The notes beneath the pieces are model-generated. The model was not told the origin of the DNA, searched no databases, and worked only from the letters and a program-made list of their open reading frames with translations. Source: a virus. Taken from it: a DNA stretch of 64,000 bases. Numbering within the stretch: position 1 is the first letter of the stretch; each line of letters opens with the position of its first letter. The position numbers and the translations under genes were made by a program. The DNA lies in the IMG/VR virus record IMGVR_UViG_3300035670_000130, positions 1 through 64,000 of that record; one strand, written 5' to 3'. Shown piece by piece: positions 41,950 through 50,147 of the stretch.

Positions 41950-42669
41950 CTATATTATTGGCGATATTTTGACTGGTTTATTTTTGGCAATTGCACTTGG
42001 TCTGTCGATCCAATCGTCGGATGAACCCGGCACCTTCTCTTGGATTAGTGCCATATTTATAAACTTGTCCATGTTGTAATTGTTGGACTTGCAATGCAAG
42101 TAAACAATCTCGTAGATTGGCTCAAAAAAATAAACGGTGCCAGCTTTTGCAATATCCATGTGCCAGTCTCGTCTCACTGGAATCTTGGAGTCTACTGCCC
42201 GGTAGACAAGCCTGTTCAGTCGATGGGTGCTGTAGTTGTTGAGTGACACCGCCTTGCATTTTTGCAGTTTGTACTCGATCATCTTCGGTCGGCAAGTCTT
42301 TTTGCGTGGTGCTTTGCCCTTGATGTGGTCGATGTAAACTTGCGACTTACTGATGGATCGGTGAACATTCTGCTCTCCGCCATAGTTGAAGATGATGGCT
42401 ATAATGGCATAGCTATAGCCTGTGCAGAGGTAGTAATCAAGCAGGTAGGGGCTATTGTCTATCTGGAGCAGTTTAGCTTCCTTCGCTGTTCTAACGTGTA
42501 ACTTAAATCCGGCAGGGATAGCTTTCTCCCGTATCCACATGCAAAGCTCAAAATAATCCCAGCCAAATAACTGCGCTACCTCTAGTAAGCTGACCGGCCT
42601 CGCCCTAACCCGATGATACTCCTGCTCAATCCTGGTCATTGGCACGTTGTTAAAAGATGGAATATCCAT
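41950..42669 (-). CDS. Hypothetical protein
   Basis: I prefer ATG 42669 (MDIPSFNN...), because the ATG at 42681 lies inside the upstream terminator hairpin. Confidence 0.55.
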   Translation of the reverse strand: MDIPSFNNVPMTRIEQEYHRVRARPVSLLEVAQLFGWDYFELCMWIREKAIPAGFKLHVRTAKEAKLLQIDNSPYLLDYYLCTGYSYAIIAIIFNYGGEQNVHRSISKSQVYIDHIKGKAPRKKTCRPKMIEYKLQKCKAVSLNNYSTHRLNRLVYRAVDSKIPVRRDWHMDIAKAGTVYFFEPIYEIVYLHCKSNNYNMDKFINMALIQEKVPGSSDDWIDRPSAIAKNKPVKISPII

Positions 42670-42673
42670 AAAA

Positions 42674-42712
42674 AATAGCATCTACAGTATTAATTTAACT
42701 GTAGATGCTATT
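42674..42712 (-). terminator. Rho-independent terminator (14-bp perfect stem)
   Basis: AATAGCATCTACAG-11 nt-CTGTAGATGCTATT, flanked by a T-run on the minus strand (TTTTT) and TTTT on the plus strand. Confidence 0.75.
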
Positions 42713-42726
42713 TTGCCTGTTGGCAA

Positions 42727-43026
42727 TTAAAACTGGATTCGCCTGTACCCGACCTCGTCTGGGTACTTCTCTAGCATCTCCTTTTCGATTTTGCGCTGGC
42801 ACTCTCGAACCATCTCTTTTGCGATGCCGTCGTAGCCGGTATATTCCGGCGGAGCCTGACGTTTGTAATCTTGTCCTACACCAAAGCATGTGTAGTAGCT
42901 ATACACAGACTCATGGCGAGTGCTGTATTTTTCGTATCGAGGAACTATCTGGTTTATCGCTCCCCCAAATAACATGGCACAGCTAAATGCCATAGCCAGG
43001 TAATGCACGATCTGATCTTTTGCCAT
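42727..43026 (-). CDS. Hypothetical protein
   Basis: 99-aa ORF with ATG at 43026. Confidence 0.5.
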   Translation of the reverse strand: MAKDQIVHYLAMAFSCAMLFGGAINQIVPRYEKYSTRHESVYSYYTCFGVGQDYKRQAPPEYTGYDGIAKEMVRECQRKIEKEMLEKYPDEVGYRRIQF

Positions 43027-43267
43027 TGGAATTGTATAGGTAGGGATCTCGCCCCTTTAGCTTGGTGCCGCTCGGTAAGTACTCAAGCCTACCCAAAAAC
43101 ACATCCCCCGTCCATCGCATAGACTCCAGCCTTACCTGGATAGAAATACCAGCGGAAAGGGTAACAGGGCACCAAGGGGCAACTTTGTACAGCCCTGCAC
43201 CAAGAACCGACTTTACAACCCAGTGTCTAGGTGCCACGGATAATTTGGGTCTGCGTTTTTTAATCAC
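42983..43267 (-). CDS. Hypothetical basic protein
   Basis: 94 aa, GTG start with GAGG SD. A promoter lies about 30 nt upstream. Confidence 0.5.
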   Translation of the reverse strand: MIKKRRPKLSVAPRHWVVKSVLGAGLYKVAPWCPVTLSAGISIQVRLESMRWTGDVFLGRLEYLPSGTKLKGRDPYLYNSNGKRSDRALPGYGI

Positions 43268-43293
43268 GGTAACCTCACTAAACAGACAAAAAT

Positions 43294-43322
43294 AAACTAC
43301 CAGATTTATTTTTGTTTGTCAA
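43294..43322 (-). promoter_or_regulatory. Sigma70-type promoter (TTGACA-17-TAGTTT)
   Basis: The reverse complement reads TTGACAaacaaaaataaatctggTAGTTT. Confidence 0.55.
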
Positions 43323-43350
43323 TGTGGGTTTATATGTACTTGGTAGGGGT

Positions 43351-43795
43351 AGATTATATTATTATTAATAATATAAATAGTATTATTAATAATATATCTA
43401 AAGATATTGTTTTTACGTTATCTCTCTTTTTTCTATGTTGTCATGTGTTATCTTTCCCGACATCCCTCTATCCCTTGCACGGCAACGGTTCCGGGTGTAT
43501 TATGTTGGTAGTATGTTAGCAGTTACCAGCCCCCTGTGTCCCTTACTACGACTATCTTCTGGCGTTTTCTCTCCTTTTTCCTCCACTACCCCATATTTCC
43601 CTAAATACCTATACTTATTAATGTTCTAGATACATTGATACGGTCTATCTCTTGGGATGAAAAATATATTAGGGGAGCGTCAAAAAAAAGCGATGGTACA
43701 GTCAAAACCCTTTCCCGCTGGTATTTGTACCCGCTAACAAACTGCTAACAGTATTACCACAGACCCCTGATTTTTGCTAACATACTACCAACATA
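43351..43795. repeat. Non-coding element, copy B (AT-rich block + 22-bp inverted repeats), paralogous to 33221-33712
   Basis: AT-only block at 43351-43412. TATGTTGGTAGTATGTTAGCAG at 43501-43522 has its inverse at 43774-43795 (21/22). Shared blocks with copy A include tgttatctttcc and tgt(a/g)tcccttact. Confidence 0.8.
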
Positions 43796-43820
43796 GTACA
43801 GCCACCAAGTATCGGGTTGA

Positions 43821-43849
43821 TTGACAACTAGAAATAAATTAACTAGAAT
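43821..43849 (+). promoter_or_regulatory. Sigma70-type promoter (TTGACA-17-TAGAAT)
   Basis: TTGACAactagaaataaattaacTAGAAT. Confidence 0.6.
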
Positions 43850-43855
43850 TTAGGT

Positions 43856-43925
43856 GGTGAGTGCAACCTTGCCGTCAATGCCCTCAATTTTGATTACTAA
43901 TGGGTCGGACTGCCGGCCTTTTTTT
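43856..43925 (+). ncRNA. Candidate ~70-nt small RNA (promoter to terminator, no ORF)
   Basis: It starts about 7 nt after the TAGAAT -10 element. It ends at GGTCGG-actg-CCGGCC plus T7 (43903-43925). A second promoter follows for the next gene. Confidence 0.4.
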
Positions 43926-43950
43926 GTATGATTCTAGATAAACTGGAATG

Positions 43951-43979
43951 TTGACAAATAAAAATAAATCTGTTACTAT
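43951..43979 (+). promoter_or_regulatory. Sigma70-type promoter (TTGACA-17-TACTAT)
   Basis: TTGACAaataaaaataaatctgtTACTAT, 30 nt upstream of ATG 44009. Confidence 0.6.
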
Positions 43980-44008
43980 TGGTTTAGTCAAATTTGAGGA
44001 CAGCTTTT

Positions 44009-44662
44009 ATGGAGTTGGAAGGAGTAAACATAGTCGCATCCAGTTCGTCTGGGGTGTCTATTAAGACAATGGACGACCTCAGCAGGGTCGCCAAGATACT
44101 AACGGCATCTACCTATTTTTCTGATACGACCAGTACCGCACAAGCCGGTGTAAAAGTTCTAGCTGGGCTAGAGATGGGTTTTCCTCCCATTGCGGCCATG
44201 ACTGGCATTCACATCGTCAAAGGGAAAGTTCAGATTGGTGCAATCCTGCTTGCTGCCGCCATCCGGCAGAGTCCACGGTATAAATACACTTTCGCTAAGG
44301 ATGAAAGCGGAAAACAGCGATTCAATAACAACGAGTGCGTATTAGTCTTCTGGGAAAAAGAGGATGGTCAATGGCAGGAAATTGGCGAAAGTTCTTTCAC
44401 CATTGAAGACGCACGGGCCGCAGGGACTCAAAACCTCCAGAAATTTGCTCGGAATATGCTGTTTTCTCGGGCTATTAGCAACGGAGTTCGGTGGTATTGC
44501 CCTGACATCTTCCTCGGTGTCGCACCCTATACGGAGGGTGAGATTGAGGAAGTTGAACAACAAGGCATTCCTATGATTCCTGCTGAAGATTTGGGTCTTG
44601 TTGTTGACGTACAGGAGCAAACCAATGAAACGAGTGAATCTACCGAAGGTGCCGATTTTTAA
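44009..44662 (+). CDS. RecT-like single-strand annealing protein (tentative)
   Basis: ATG 44009 with GAGGA SD. VKVLAGLEMGFPPIAAMTGIHIVKGK and NMLFSRAISNGVRWYCPD resemble RecT-family blocks. Confidence 0.55.
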   Translation: MELEGVNIVASSSSGVSIKTMDDLSRVAKILTASTYFSDTTSTAQAGVKVLAGLEMGFPPIAAMTGIHIVKGKVQIGAILLAAAIRQSPRYKYTFAKDESGKQRFNNNECVLVFWEKEDGQWQEIGESSFTIEDARAAGTQNLQKFARNMLFSRAISNGVRWYCPDIFLGVAPYTEGEIEEVEQQGIPMIPAEDLGLVVDVQEQTNETSESTEGADF

Positions 44663-44824
44663 GCCGAAGTATCCGCCCCTGCGGTTAAAAAAATGGCAAG
44701 TTCGCACCATTGACAGGACTGCCGAAACAAAAATCTTCTTAATTCCGATTATTTCGGTAGAAGACAGATTTTGATTGCAATAACGGGCAGGCAAGCTTGT
44801 CTGCCTACTACCAAACCTAAAACG

Positions 44825-45157
44825 ATGAAAAGATTACTGTCGGCTATCACAATCCTTTTGACCCTTTCCCCCGCTGGTGCTGCTTTTGCTCAAAGCGCAA
44901 CCTACTACCACAGCAGTCTAGCCGGTCGCAAGATGGCTAATGGTCGTCCTTATAACCCCTATGCCATGACAGCGGCTTCCAACCATTACCGGCTCGGAAG
45001 CCGGGTAAGGGTAACTAATCGGCGTACCGGAAAGTCCGTGGTGGTCACCATAACTGACCGCTGTGGGAACTGCTCAATCGACCTGTCTAAAGCGGCTTTT
45101 CGTCGCATCGCTCCTCTAAAGCAGGGTCGGGTATCTGTCAAAATTACCAAACTATGA
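44825..45157 (+). CDS. RlpA-like double-psi beta-barrel (DPBB) secreted protein
   Basis: ATG 44825. The signal peptide is MKRLLSAITILLTLSPAGAAFA. ATYYHSSLAGRKMANGRPYNP...AASNHYRLGSRVRVTN..TGKSVVVTITDR matches the RlpA pattern. Confidence 0.75.
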   Translation: MKRLLSAITILLTLSPAGAAFAQSATYYHSSLAGRKMANGRPYNPYAMTAASNHYRLGSRVRVTNRRTGKSVVVTITDRCGNCSIDLSKAAFRRIAPLKQGRVSVKITKL

Positions 45158-45501
45158 TTTATCAGCACAAAGTCGAATGGGGTAATCCTTTCACCGAGCC
45201 ACCGAATAACTTACCCAAGGTACTGGTCGCATTAGATTCTGATCAGCACCGTCCTCCAGAATGGTTTCAGCGAAAGCGAGAAGCCATCATTGATCGACTT
45301 CGACTGCGTGGCATCTATTCCTATTGCATGACATTTGATTGGATTGATGACAAGCCTAAGAAGAGGTGGTCTGAGGAAGCTAAAAAACGCAATAGATTGC
45401 GCCGATTAAAGTCACGGTTGAGCAAAAAATACTCAATTCCTGAGCTACTAGAATCGGCAATCCAAGAACAAATTGACAAAAAACCAGAATATTACCAATG
45501 A
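45154..45501 (+). CDS. Hypothetical protein
   Basis: 115-aa ORF with an ATGA overlap with the upstream stop. Confidence 0.55.
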   Translation: MIYQHKVEWGNPFTEPPNNLPKVLVALDSDQHRPPEWFQRKREAIIDRLRLRGIYSYCMTFDWIDDKPKKRWSEEAKKRNRLRRLKSRLSKKYSIPELLESAIQEQIDKKPEYYQ

Positions 45502-45511
45502 GGCTTTAATT

Positions 45512-45727
45512 ATGGCATCTGGAATTTACTGGCGTACTGCCACTGGACAACAAATTGACGTAGACGACATGACCGAAAGCCATGTCCGAAACACCCTAAA
45601 GTTTCTTATCCGCAAGGGGCGTATTGCTCCTTTCAAGCAGGAAAAAAACGACAAATGGAGTCATCTTTATTCCGATCACCTGGAGGAAATAGACCAACTA
45701 AAAGATTGCTGGGATGATTACACATAA
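45512..45727 (+). CDS. Hypothetical protein
   Basis: ATG 45512 (MASGIYWRTATGQQ...). Confidence 0.5.
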   Translation: MASGIYWRTATGQQIDVDDMTESHVRNTLKFLIRKGRIAPFKQEKNDKWSHLYSDHLEEIDQLKDCWDDYT

Positions 45728-45860
45728 GCACCAATTAGAAGAATTCGACTCTTTTTATGCTTCTTATTACGAGGTAGAGGAAGTAGACGAATTCTAGCCA
45801 CCTCCCCCCGCTGGTGCCCCTTGGCATCAGCATTCCGTTAACAATACACCAACAATTACC

Positions 45861-46055
45861 ATGACTTACTTTCCTTCTGATCTAGCATTGGCCCGAGCCG
45901 ATAACAACACCATTCTCGCCGCTCAGATTGAACTAGGGGCAACGGAAGCTTGTAAAAAGGCTTCCGAGATCCGTGGGTATGACGGCAGTGTTTATGACAA
46001 AGAAATTCAAGAAATCGTCGAGTTTATTAAGGAGTACGAGAAAAATGCGGTTTGA
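45861..46055 (+). CDS. Small acidic protein (64 aa)
   Basis: ORF with ATG at 45861, first gene of a 3-gene unit that ends in an HTH gene. Confidence 0.5.
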   Translation: MTYFPSDLALARADNNTILAAQIELGATEACKKASEIRGYDGSVYDKEIQEIVEFIKEYEKNAV

Positions 46056-46206
46056 GTTTGAGGTATTTGTGACTAAGTCCGAAACCTATGTCATCGATGC
46101 CGACAATCTATTAGAGGCGGATGACAAATTGGCGGAAGAGGTGCTTGCATCCAATCACGATTTTGTTGATTGGGATTACGTTCTTGTGGAGCCAGAAAAG
46201 CAATGA
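46045..46206 (+). CDS. Small acidic protein (53 aa)
   Basis: ATG 46045 with an AAGGAG SD (MRFEFEVFVTKSETYVIDADNLLEADDKLAEEVL...). Its stop overlaps the HTH gene start (ATGA). Confidence 0.5.
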   Translation: MRFEFEVFVTKSETYVIDADNLLEADDKLAEEVLASNHDFVDWDYVLVEPEKQ

Positions 46207-46553
46207 GAAAAAAAAGAGAGCGGGGCTACGTTCTCGATAACAAAATCAAAATAGCGAAAACAGTCATCCGTTGCCGCAAGTTGGCTGGATTGGATGAAAA
46301 GGGATTGGCTGAAGCATCTGGATTAAGCATATCCTACGTCCGAAATCTGGAAGGCAAGTGCCTAGTTCAGCCAAGCCTGAACACCTTATTGGAGATAGCG
46401 GAAGCACTTAACTTGTGCTTGTGGCAGTTCTTTTGGATGATAGATAATTGTCACACAAAAGCCCAGACCGAAGAAGCTTACCAACATTTTCAGTCAATGC
46501 TCAAAAAACAAATCCAGGAGATACCAAGTGATTTTAGTCGATCATCAAATTGA
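46203..46553 (+). CDS. XRE-family helix-turn-helix regulator
   Basis: ATG 46203. CRKLAGLDEKGLAEASGLSISYVRNLEGK...PSLNTLLEIAEAL is the HTH_XRE pattern. Confidence 0.7.
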   Translation: MRKKRERGYVLDNKIKIAKTVIRCRKLAGLDEKGLAEASGLSISYVRNLEGKCLVQPSLNTLLEIAEALNLCLWQFFWMIDNCHTKAQTEEAYQHFQSMLKKQIQEIPSDFSRSSN

Positions 46554-47100
46554 TAGCCTTTGCCTTGGCATTGTGCCAGATGACCTGCGATATTTCTACT
46601 TCAATATGTTCAACATCCCTTTGCCTTGCAAGATTAGTCCATTGGTCGAACCTTATGACGCTGAACTGGTAAATCCTGCCAGCTTAGATATTCGGATTGG
46701 GGAGACCGCAAGGTGGAAAGTCAGTGACGGAATAATATGCGTTGACTTGAGGGAATACGTCGAAGCGGAACCCCGCTGGCTAAATCCGGGGGATCTGTAT
46801 TTAATTGCCAGCATGGAAACTATCAATCTACCAAGTTTTTTAACGGCTCAATTCAAGCTGAAAAGCTCAAGGGCACGGGAATATTACGGTCATCAATTTG
46901 CGGGTTTTTGTGATCCGGGTTGGCATGGTTCCAAGTTGACCATGGAATTAGTAAACGACAGTCCCGACCTACTGCCGATTTATCCAGGATTGAAAATGGG
47001 ACAGTTGATTTTTTCCTTGGCTCTTGGAAGACCCAGTCGTTCCTATGCCGTGACAGGACGGTACAACGGCGATCAAACGGTTATGGAGAGTAAAGGCTAA
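46528..47100 (+). CDS. dcd: dCTP deaminase / dUTPase-superfamily enzyme
   Basis: GTG start (MILVDHQI). Contains PASLDIRIG and FCDPGWHGSKLTMELVNDSPDLLPIYPGLKMGQLIF. Confidence 0.8.
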   Translation: MILVDHQIDSLCLGIVPDDLRYFYFNMFNIPLPCKISPLVEPYDAELVNPASLDIRIGETARWKVSDGIICVDLREYVEAEPRWLNPGDLYLIASMETINLPSFLTAQFKLKSSRAREYYGHQFAGFCDPGWHGSKLTMELVNDSPDLLPIYPGLKMGQLIFSLALGRPSRSYAVTGRYNGDQTVMESKG

Positions 47101-47570
47101 TGAGAAAAAATATTGACGATTGGTGCAGCAAACTGCGTTATCGAATCCGTCTGTTTAACTTTGGGCATTCGGTTTTCTTTAAGTCTATTGCCGCATGGAT
47201 TATCCATTTGCAATGCGACAATCTTGATGACCTCCACGACTTCTGGCTATCACTAGATCACGGGCCGGGATGCGTAAATTATCAAGTATTTGCCGTTTTC
47301 TCGAAAGTGGTCTGCTTTAATACCAAGCAAACTATTAGTACGCTTCCATCTATGCAAGATGTACCAAAAGACCAGATGGGAATTATGGATGCCTTGCTGA
47401 TGATGGTCAGCCAATACCTTGCCTGTGACATTGACGGGGAACGGGTGCTTGATCATGTCTTTATGTCTGCCGGGGAATTTACCCTCGACTTATTAGAGAA
47501 CATGGGCTACGTCAAACCATGGGAGAAAAATCCTAATTATTACGTTTTCACGGAGAAAGCCAATGACTGA
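47100..47570 (+). CDS. Hypothetical protein
   Basis: 156-aa ORF with a TAATG overlap with dcd. Confidence 0.55.
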   Translation: MRKNIDDWCSKLRYRIRLFNFGHSVFFKSIAAWIIHLQCDNLDDLHDFWLSLDHGPGCVNYQVFAVFSKVVCFNTKQTISTLPSMQDVPKDQMGIMDALLMMVSQYLACDIDGERVLDHVFMSAGEFTLDLLENMGYVKPWEKNPNYYVFTEKAND

Positions 47571-48195
47571 GCAAAGCATTAACTACAACCTTCCTGAACC
47601 TACCCCTATTTCCAATAACTCTCCGAGCATCCATGACTTGGTAGTCGCCGATTTATCTGAACGAAAGCAGTTTGGCTTGCAGAAATACGGCACTTTATTG
47701 CAAGCCAATAATGGACGCACTGGCTTGGTTGATGCCTACCAGGAAATATTAGACCTGTCAGTTTATTTACGGCAGTGTTTAGAGGAATCTAAGCCTGTTG
47801 ACACCGCCGATCCTTTTACTGAATTAGTAGAACTAAAGCGGCAAGAACGGGATCTGGCAGACAAAATCAAGCTGGCTCAGGAAAAGGCTATTGATGCCGC
47901 CATGGAGCTAGGTAAAGTAGGTCAAATTGCAGTAGTCAATGGCGCAAAAGTTGCCTTTAAGTTGGTGACAGTTAAGCCCAAGTCGCCAATGATTACAGCA
48001 CTACATGAAGACATTACGGAAATGAAGATGGACTTAGAGGTTCTTCATGCCAAACGTTTAGCAGAGCTTCGAGCAGAAATAGATTCTTTATTGACCAGTG
48101 AGGTCATTGAAGAGCTAGAAGAAAAACTGCAAGAAGAAACAGAAAAATTGGTTGGTGAGAAAAAGCCTCAGATTGCAGTTACTCTACCAAAGTAG
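47563..48195 (+). CDS. Hypothetical protein, N-terminal nucleotide-pyrophosphohydrolase-like segment + coiled coil
   Basis: 210 aa. DLSERKQFGLQKYGTLL...LVDAYQEILDLSVYL resembles phage dATP/dGTP pyrophosphohydrolase N-domains (weak, memory-based). Confidence 0.5.
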   Translation: MTEQSINYNLPEPTPISNNSPSIHDLVVADLSERKQFGLQKYGTLLQANNGRTGLVDAYQEILDLSVYLRQCLEESKPVDTADPFTELVELKRQERDLADKIKLAQEKAIDAAMELGKVGQIAVVNGAKVAFKLVTVKPKSPMITALHEDITEMKMDLEVLHAKRLAELRAEIDSLLTSEVIEELEEKLQEETEKLVGEKKPQIAVTLPK

Positions 48196-49249
48196 CCTTT
48201 ATCCTTTCCCACTCCCGCTGGTGTACCTCGTCGCCAATCCACTGGTTATAAACACTGGTATGCACAGCGTGGGAGTGCCGCATTTGCTTAGCCGCAAGCC
48301 TACTATCAAGTCCTAATGTGATAACCCTTCGTGCCCAACAGTGTCTCAGACTGTACGCATTGAAGGGTATTTTGTTGCGACCAAAGAATTTACTTACCTT
48401 TTGTCCATACTCGATATGAGATCGACCCTCTCGGATATTTGGCAGTTGAATGTTACCCAGGTCAAACAAGTCAAACCAGTGCGGATAATAAGGCCAGACT
48501 TTACCATCGACTGACTTGCCCTCTTTGACGTAACAAATACCAGCGGCGGCAAGGTAGTCATGATCAACGAAAAAGACTTCATGGTTCCTAAGTCCAAAAC
48601 TAGCCAGCATCCCATACACCCACCGCCAACCGGGGTTAGATATGGCTAGTCCAATCTCCAAGATGGTCTGGTCGTCCGGTAGCGTTCTCTCCCTCTTGTT
48701 GCCAGCATACTTACCACGAATATCAGATAGGTCTAATGTGATTCCAGCGTGTTTAGCCAACGCTCCGATCACCGTGCAATACTTTTTTCTGGTTCTACTA
48801 TTAGGCTCTGTCGTTTCCAGGATATGTGACCGTAATGCGACTGGGTCGAGTGTCAAGTCAGATGGCAGTCGTCGGATGACAGCATGGTAGTCTTTCTCCC
48901 ATGTGCCTTCTCGTTTATTGTCGTTTCCGTAAATATCCAGCCAGTATGATCGAAAACTGGCACAAATCGATAATAAGTCACTGGATGCTTGCTTAACTTC
49001 TATCCAGTCAGACCACTGGAATGTACCCAGCGTAAGGTCACTGCCTAGCTTGATTGCCAGTTTATATGCTTGATTGAATCCATCCCTTGAAGCCCGCAGT
49101 CCTAGCGACACCCTCTGCTGGTGCTTATCCTTTCGCCTAGCGTTTGGCTTTGGCGGCATAGTCGCAACAAGATACAGTCGGTCGCCTATTTGAGCAATGG
49201 ACACACCGATCCGTGCGGCTTTAAGCCGACTATTTAATTCTTCCAGCAT
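48179..49249 (-). CDS. int: Tyrosine recombinase / phage integrase
   Basis: 356 aa. Catalytic pattern is GLRNHEV (R), LRHCWARRVI (HxxR) and HTSVYNQW (Y). Confidence 0.85.
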   Translation of the reverse strand: MLEELNSRLKAARIGVSIAQIGDRLYLVATMPPKPNARRKDKHQQRVSLGLRASRDGFNQAYKLAIKLGSDLTLGTFQWSDWIEVKQASSDLLSICASFRSYWLDIYGNDNKREGTWEKDYHAVIRRLPSDLTLDPVALRSHILETTEPNSRTRKKYCTVIGALAKHAGITLDLSDIRGKYAGNKRERTLPDDQTILEIGLAISNPGWRWVYGMLASFGLRNHEVFFVDHDYLAAAGICYVKEGKSVDGKVWPYYPHWFDLFDLGNIQLPNIREGRSHIEYGQKVSKFFGRNKIPFNAYSLRHCWARRVITLGLDSRLAAKQMRHSHAVHTSVYNQWIGDEVHQREWERIKATLVE

Positions 49250-49253
49250 TTTT

Positions 49254-49443
49254 CTTGCTTAAAATTTGCTTAAATAATTTCGTCCAACTGCCCTGGGGTA
49301 AGGCAGACGGTCGAAAAATCTTCTATTTTTAAAGGCGGCACCCAGACTCGAACTGGGGGTAAAGATTTTGCAGACCTCTGCTGTTGTCCGTAAAACCACC
49401 AGCGGGAAAAGGGTTGTCGCCAATCTTGCTTAAAATTTGCTTA
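49254..49443. repeat. 19-bp perfect direct repeats flanking the tRNA-like core (attP-region arms?)
   Basis: CTTGCTTAAAATTTGCTTA occurs at 49254-49272 and at 49425-49443. Confidence 0.85.
49333..49378 (-). other. 3' fragment of a tRNA gene (anticodon arm GCA to acceptor end); candidate attP core
   Basis: The minus strand reads GAGGT-CTGCAAA-ATCTT tacc CCCAG-TTCGAGT-CTGGG TGCCGCC T. The anticodon and T arms are well formed, but there is no matching 5' acceptor strand or D-arm upstream. Confidence 0.6.
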
Positions 49444-49908
49444 GACATCAACAACGTTTAATGCCTTAAACGCCTGAGTAATCTTCTCTGCCTTCTGGAT
49501 TTGCTCGTCAATTGACTCAACCCCGGACTCTACCAGAGACAAACCTATCCGCAGCACCTCCTTAGGCGAAAAATTGTTTACGATTGCATATTCGGCTTCC
49601 TTGATCGAAGCTGCTACGTCCTCGGCAATCCGCTTGTATGATTTAGACACTTCCTGGATGTCGATGATGTCGTCGTTTTCTAAGTAGAAATCCAGTTCGT
49701 CCAAAGTGACTCCACACATCTTTGCAATCCCCTTCATGTTCTGATACTCGGGGATACTGCTTTTTCTTGGGTTTGCCAGTGATTGCACAAATCCATAAGT
49801 GACCTGATTGCCAGCAATCTTGCTGAAGTATTCAGCAAACTGCTCCTGGGTCATGCCTAACTCAGTCATCTTGTCCGATACAAGCTTGGATAATTTAGCC
49901 CTGTTCAT
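49441..49908 (-). CDS. CI-like HTH repressor
   Basis: ATG 49908 with GAGG SD (MNRAKLSKLVSDKMTELGMTQEQFAEYF...). It is divergent from the plus-strand early operon and adjacent to int. Confidence 0.65.
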   Translation of the reverse strand: MNRAKLSKLVSDKMTELGMTQEQFAEYFSKIAGNQVTYGFVQSLANPRKSSIPEYQNMKGIAKMCGVTLDELDFYLENDDIIDIQEVSKSYKRIAEDVAASIKEAEYAIVNNFSPKEVLRIGLSLVESGVESIDEQIQKAEKITQAFKALNVVDV

Positions 49909-50095
49909 TCTATCTACCTCTCGATTGTAAATACCACATATATTATTAATAACATTGACAAAGAGAAATGACAAGGCACTTCAATCCGTTGACAGTGCCT
50001 ATTGTTTCCAAAAGTAAAAAATAGGAGTAGCATCCTAACCATAGAGATACGTCTTTTTATGTCTCCATTACGCTCAAGACACCAGAATGTGGGTG

Positions 50096-50124
50096 TTGAC
50101 AATTAGAAATAATAGTGGTATCAT
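50096..50124 (+). promoter_or_regulatory. Sigma70-type promoter (TTGACA-17-TATCAT)
   Basis: TTGACAattagaaataatagtggTATCAT, 24 nt upstream of ATG 50148. A 7-bp inverted repeat AGGCACT..13..AGTGCCT at 49974-50000 is a possible operator. Confidence 0.6.
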
Positions 50125-50147
50125 GGATATGTTGAATAGGTTAAGAA

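Noticed and set aside
43316-43629. 67-aa and 64-aa plus-strand ORFs in non-coding element B
   Set aside because: They are translated from an AT-only low-complexity tract and a pyrimidine-rich repeat region that is paralogous to an ORF-free region at 33.2-33.5 kb. They have no start context.
49333-49421. A complete (class II, ~89 nt) tRNA gene
   Set aside because: Only the anticodon arm, a short variable loop, the T arm and the 3' acceptor strand fold properly. The upstream sequence offers no D-arm, and the putative 5' acceptor strand (GGCGACA) mismatches and is too far away. I interpret it as an attP-type fragment.
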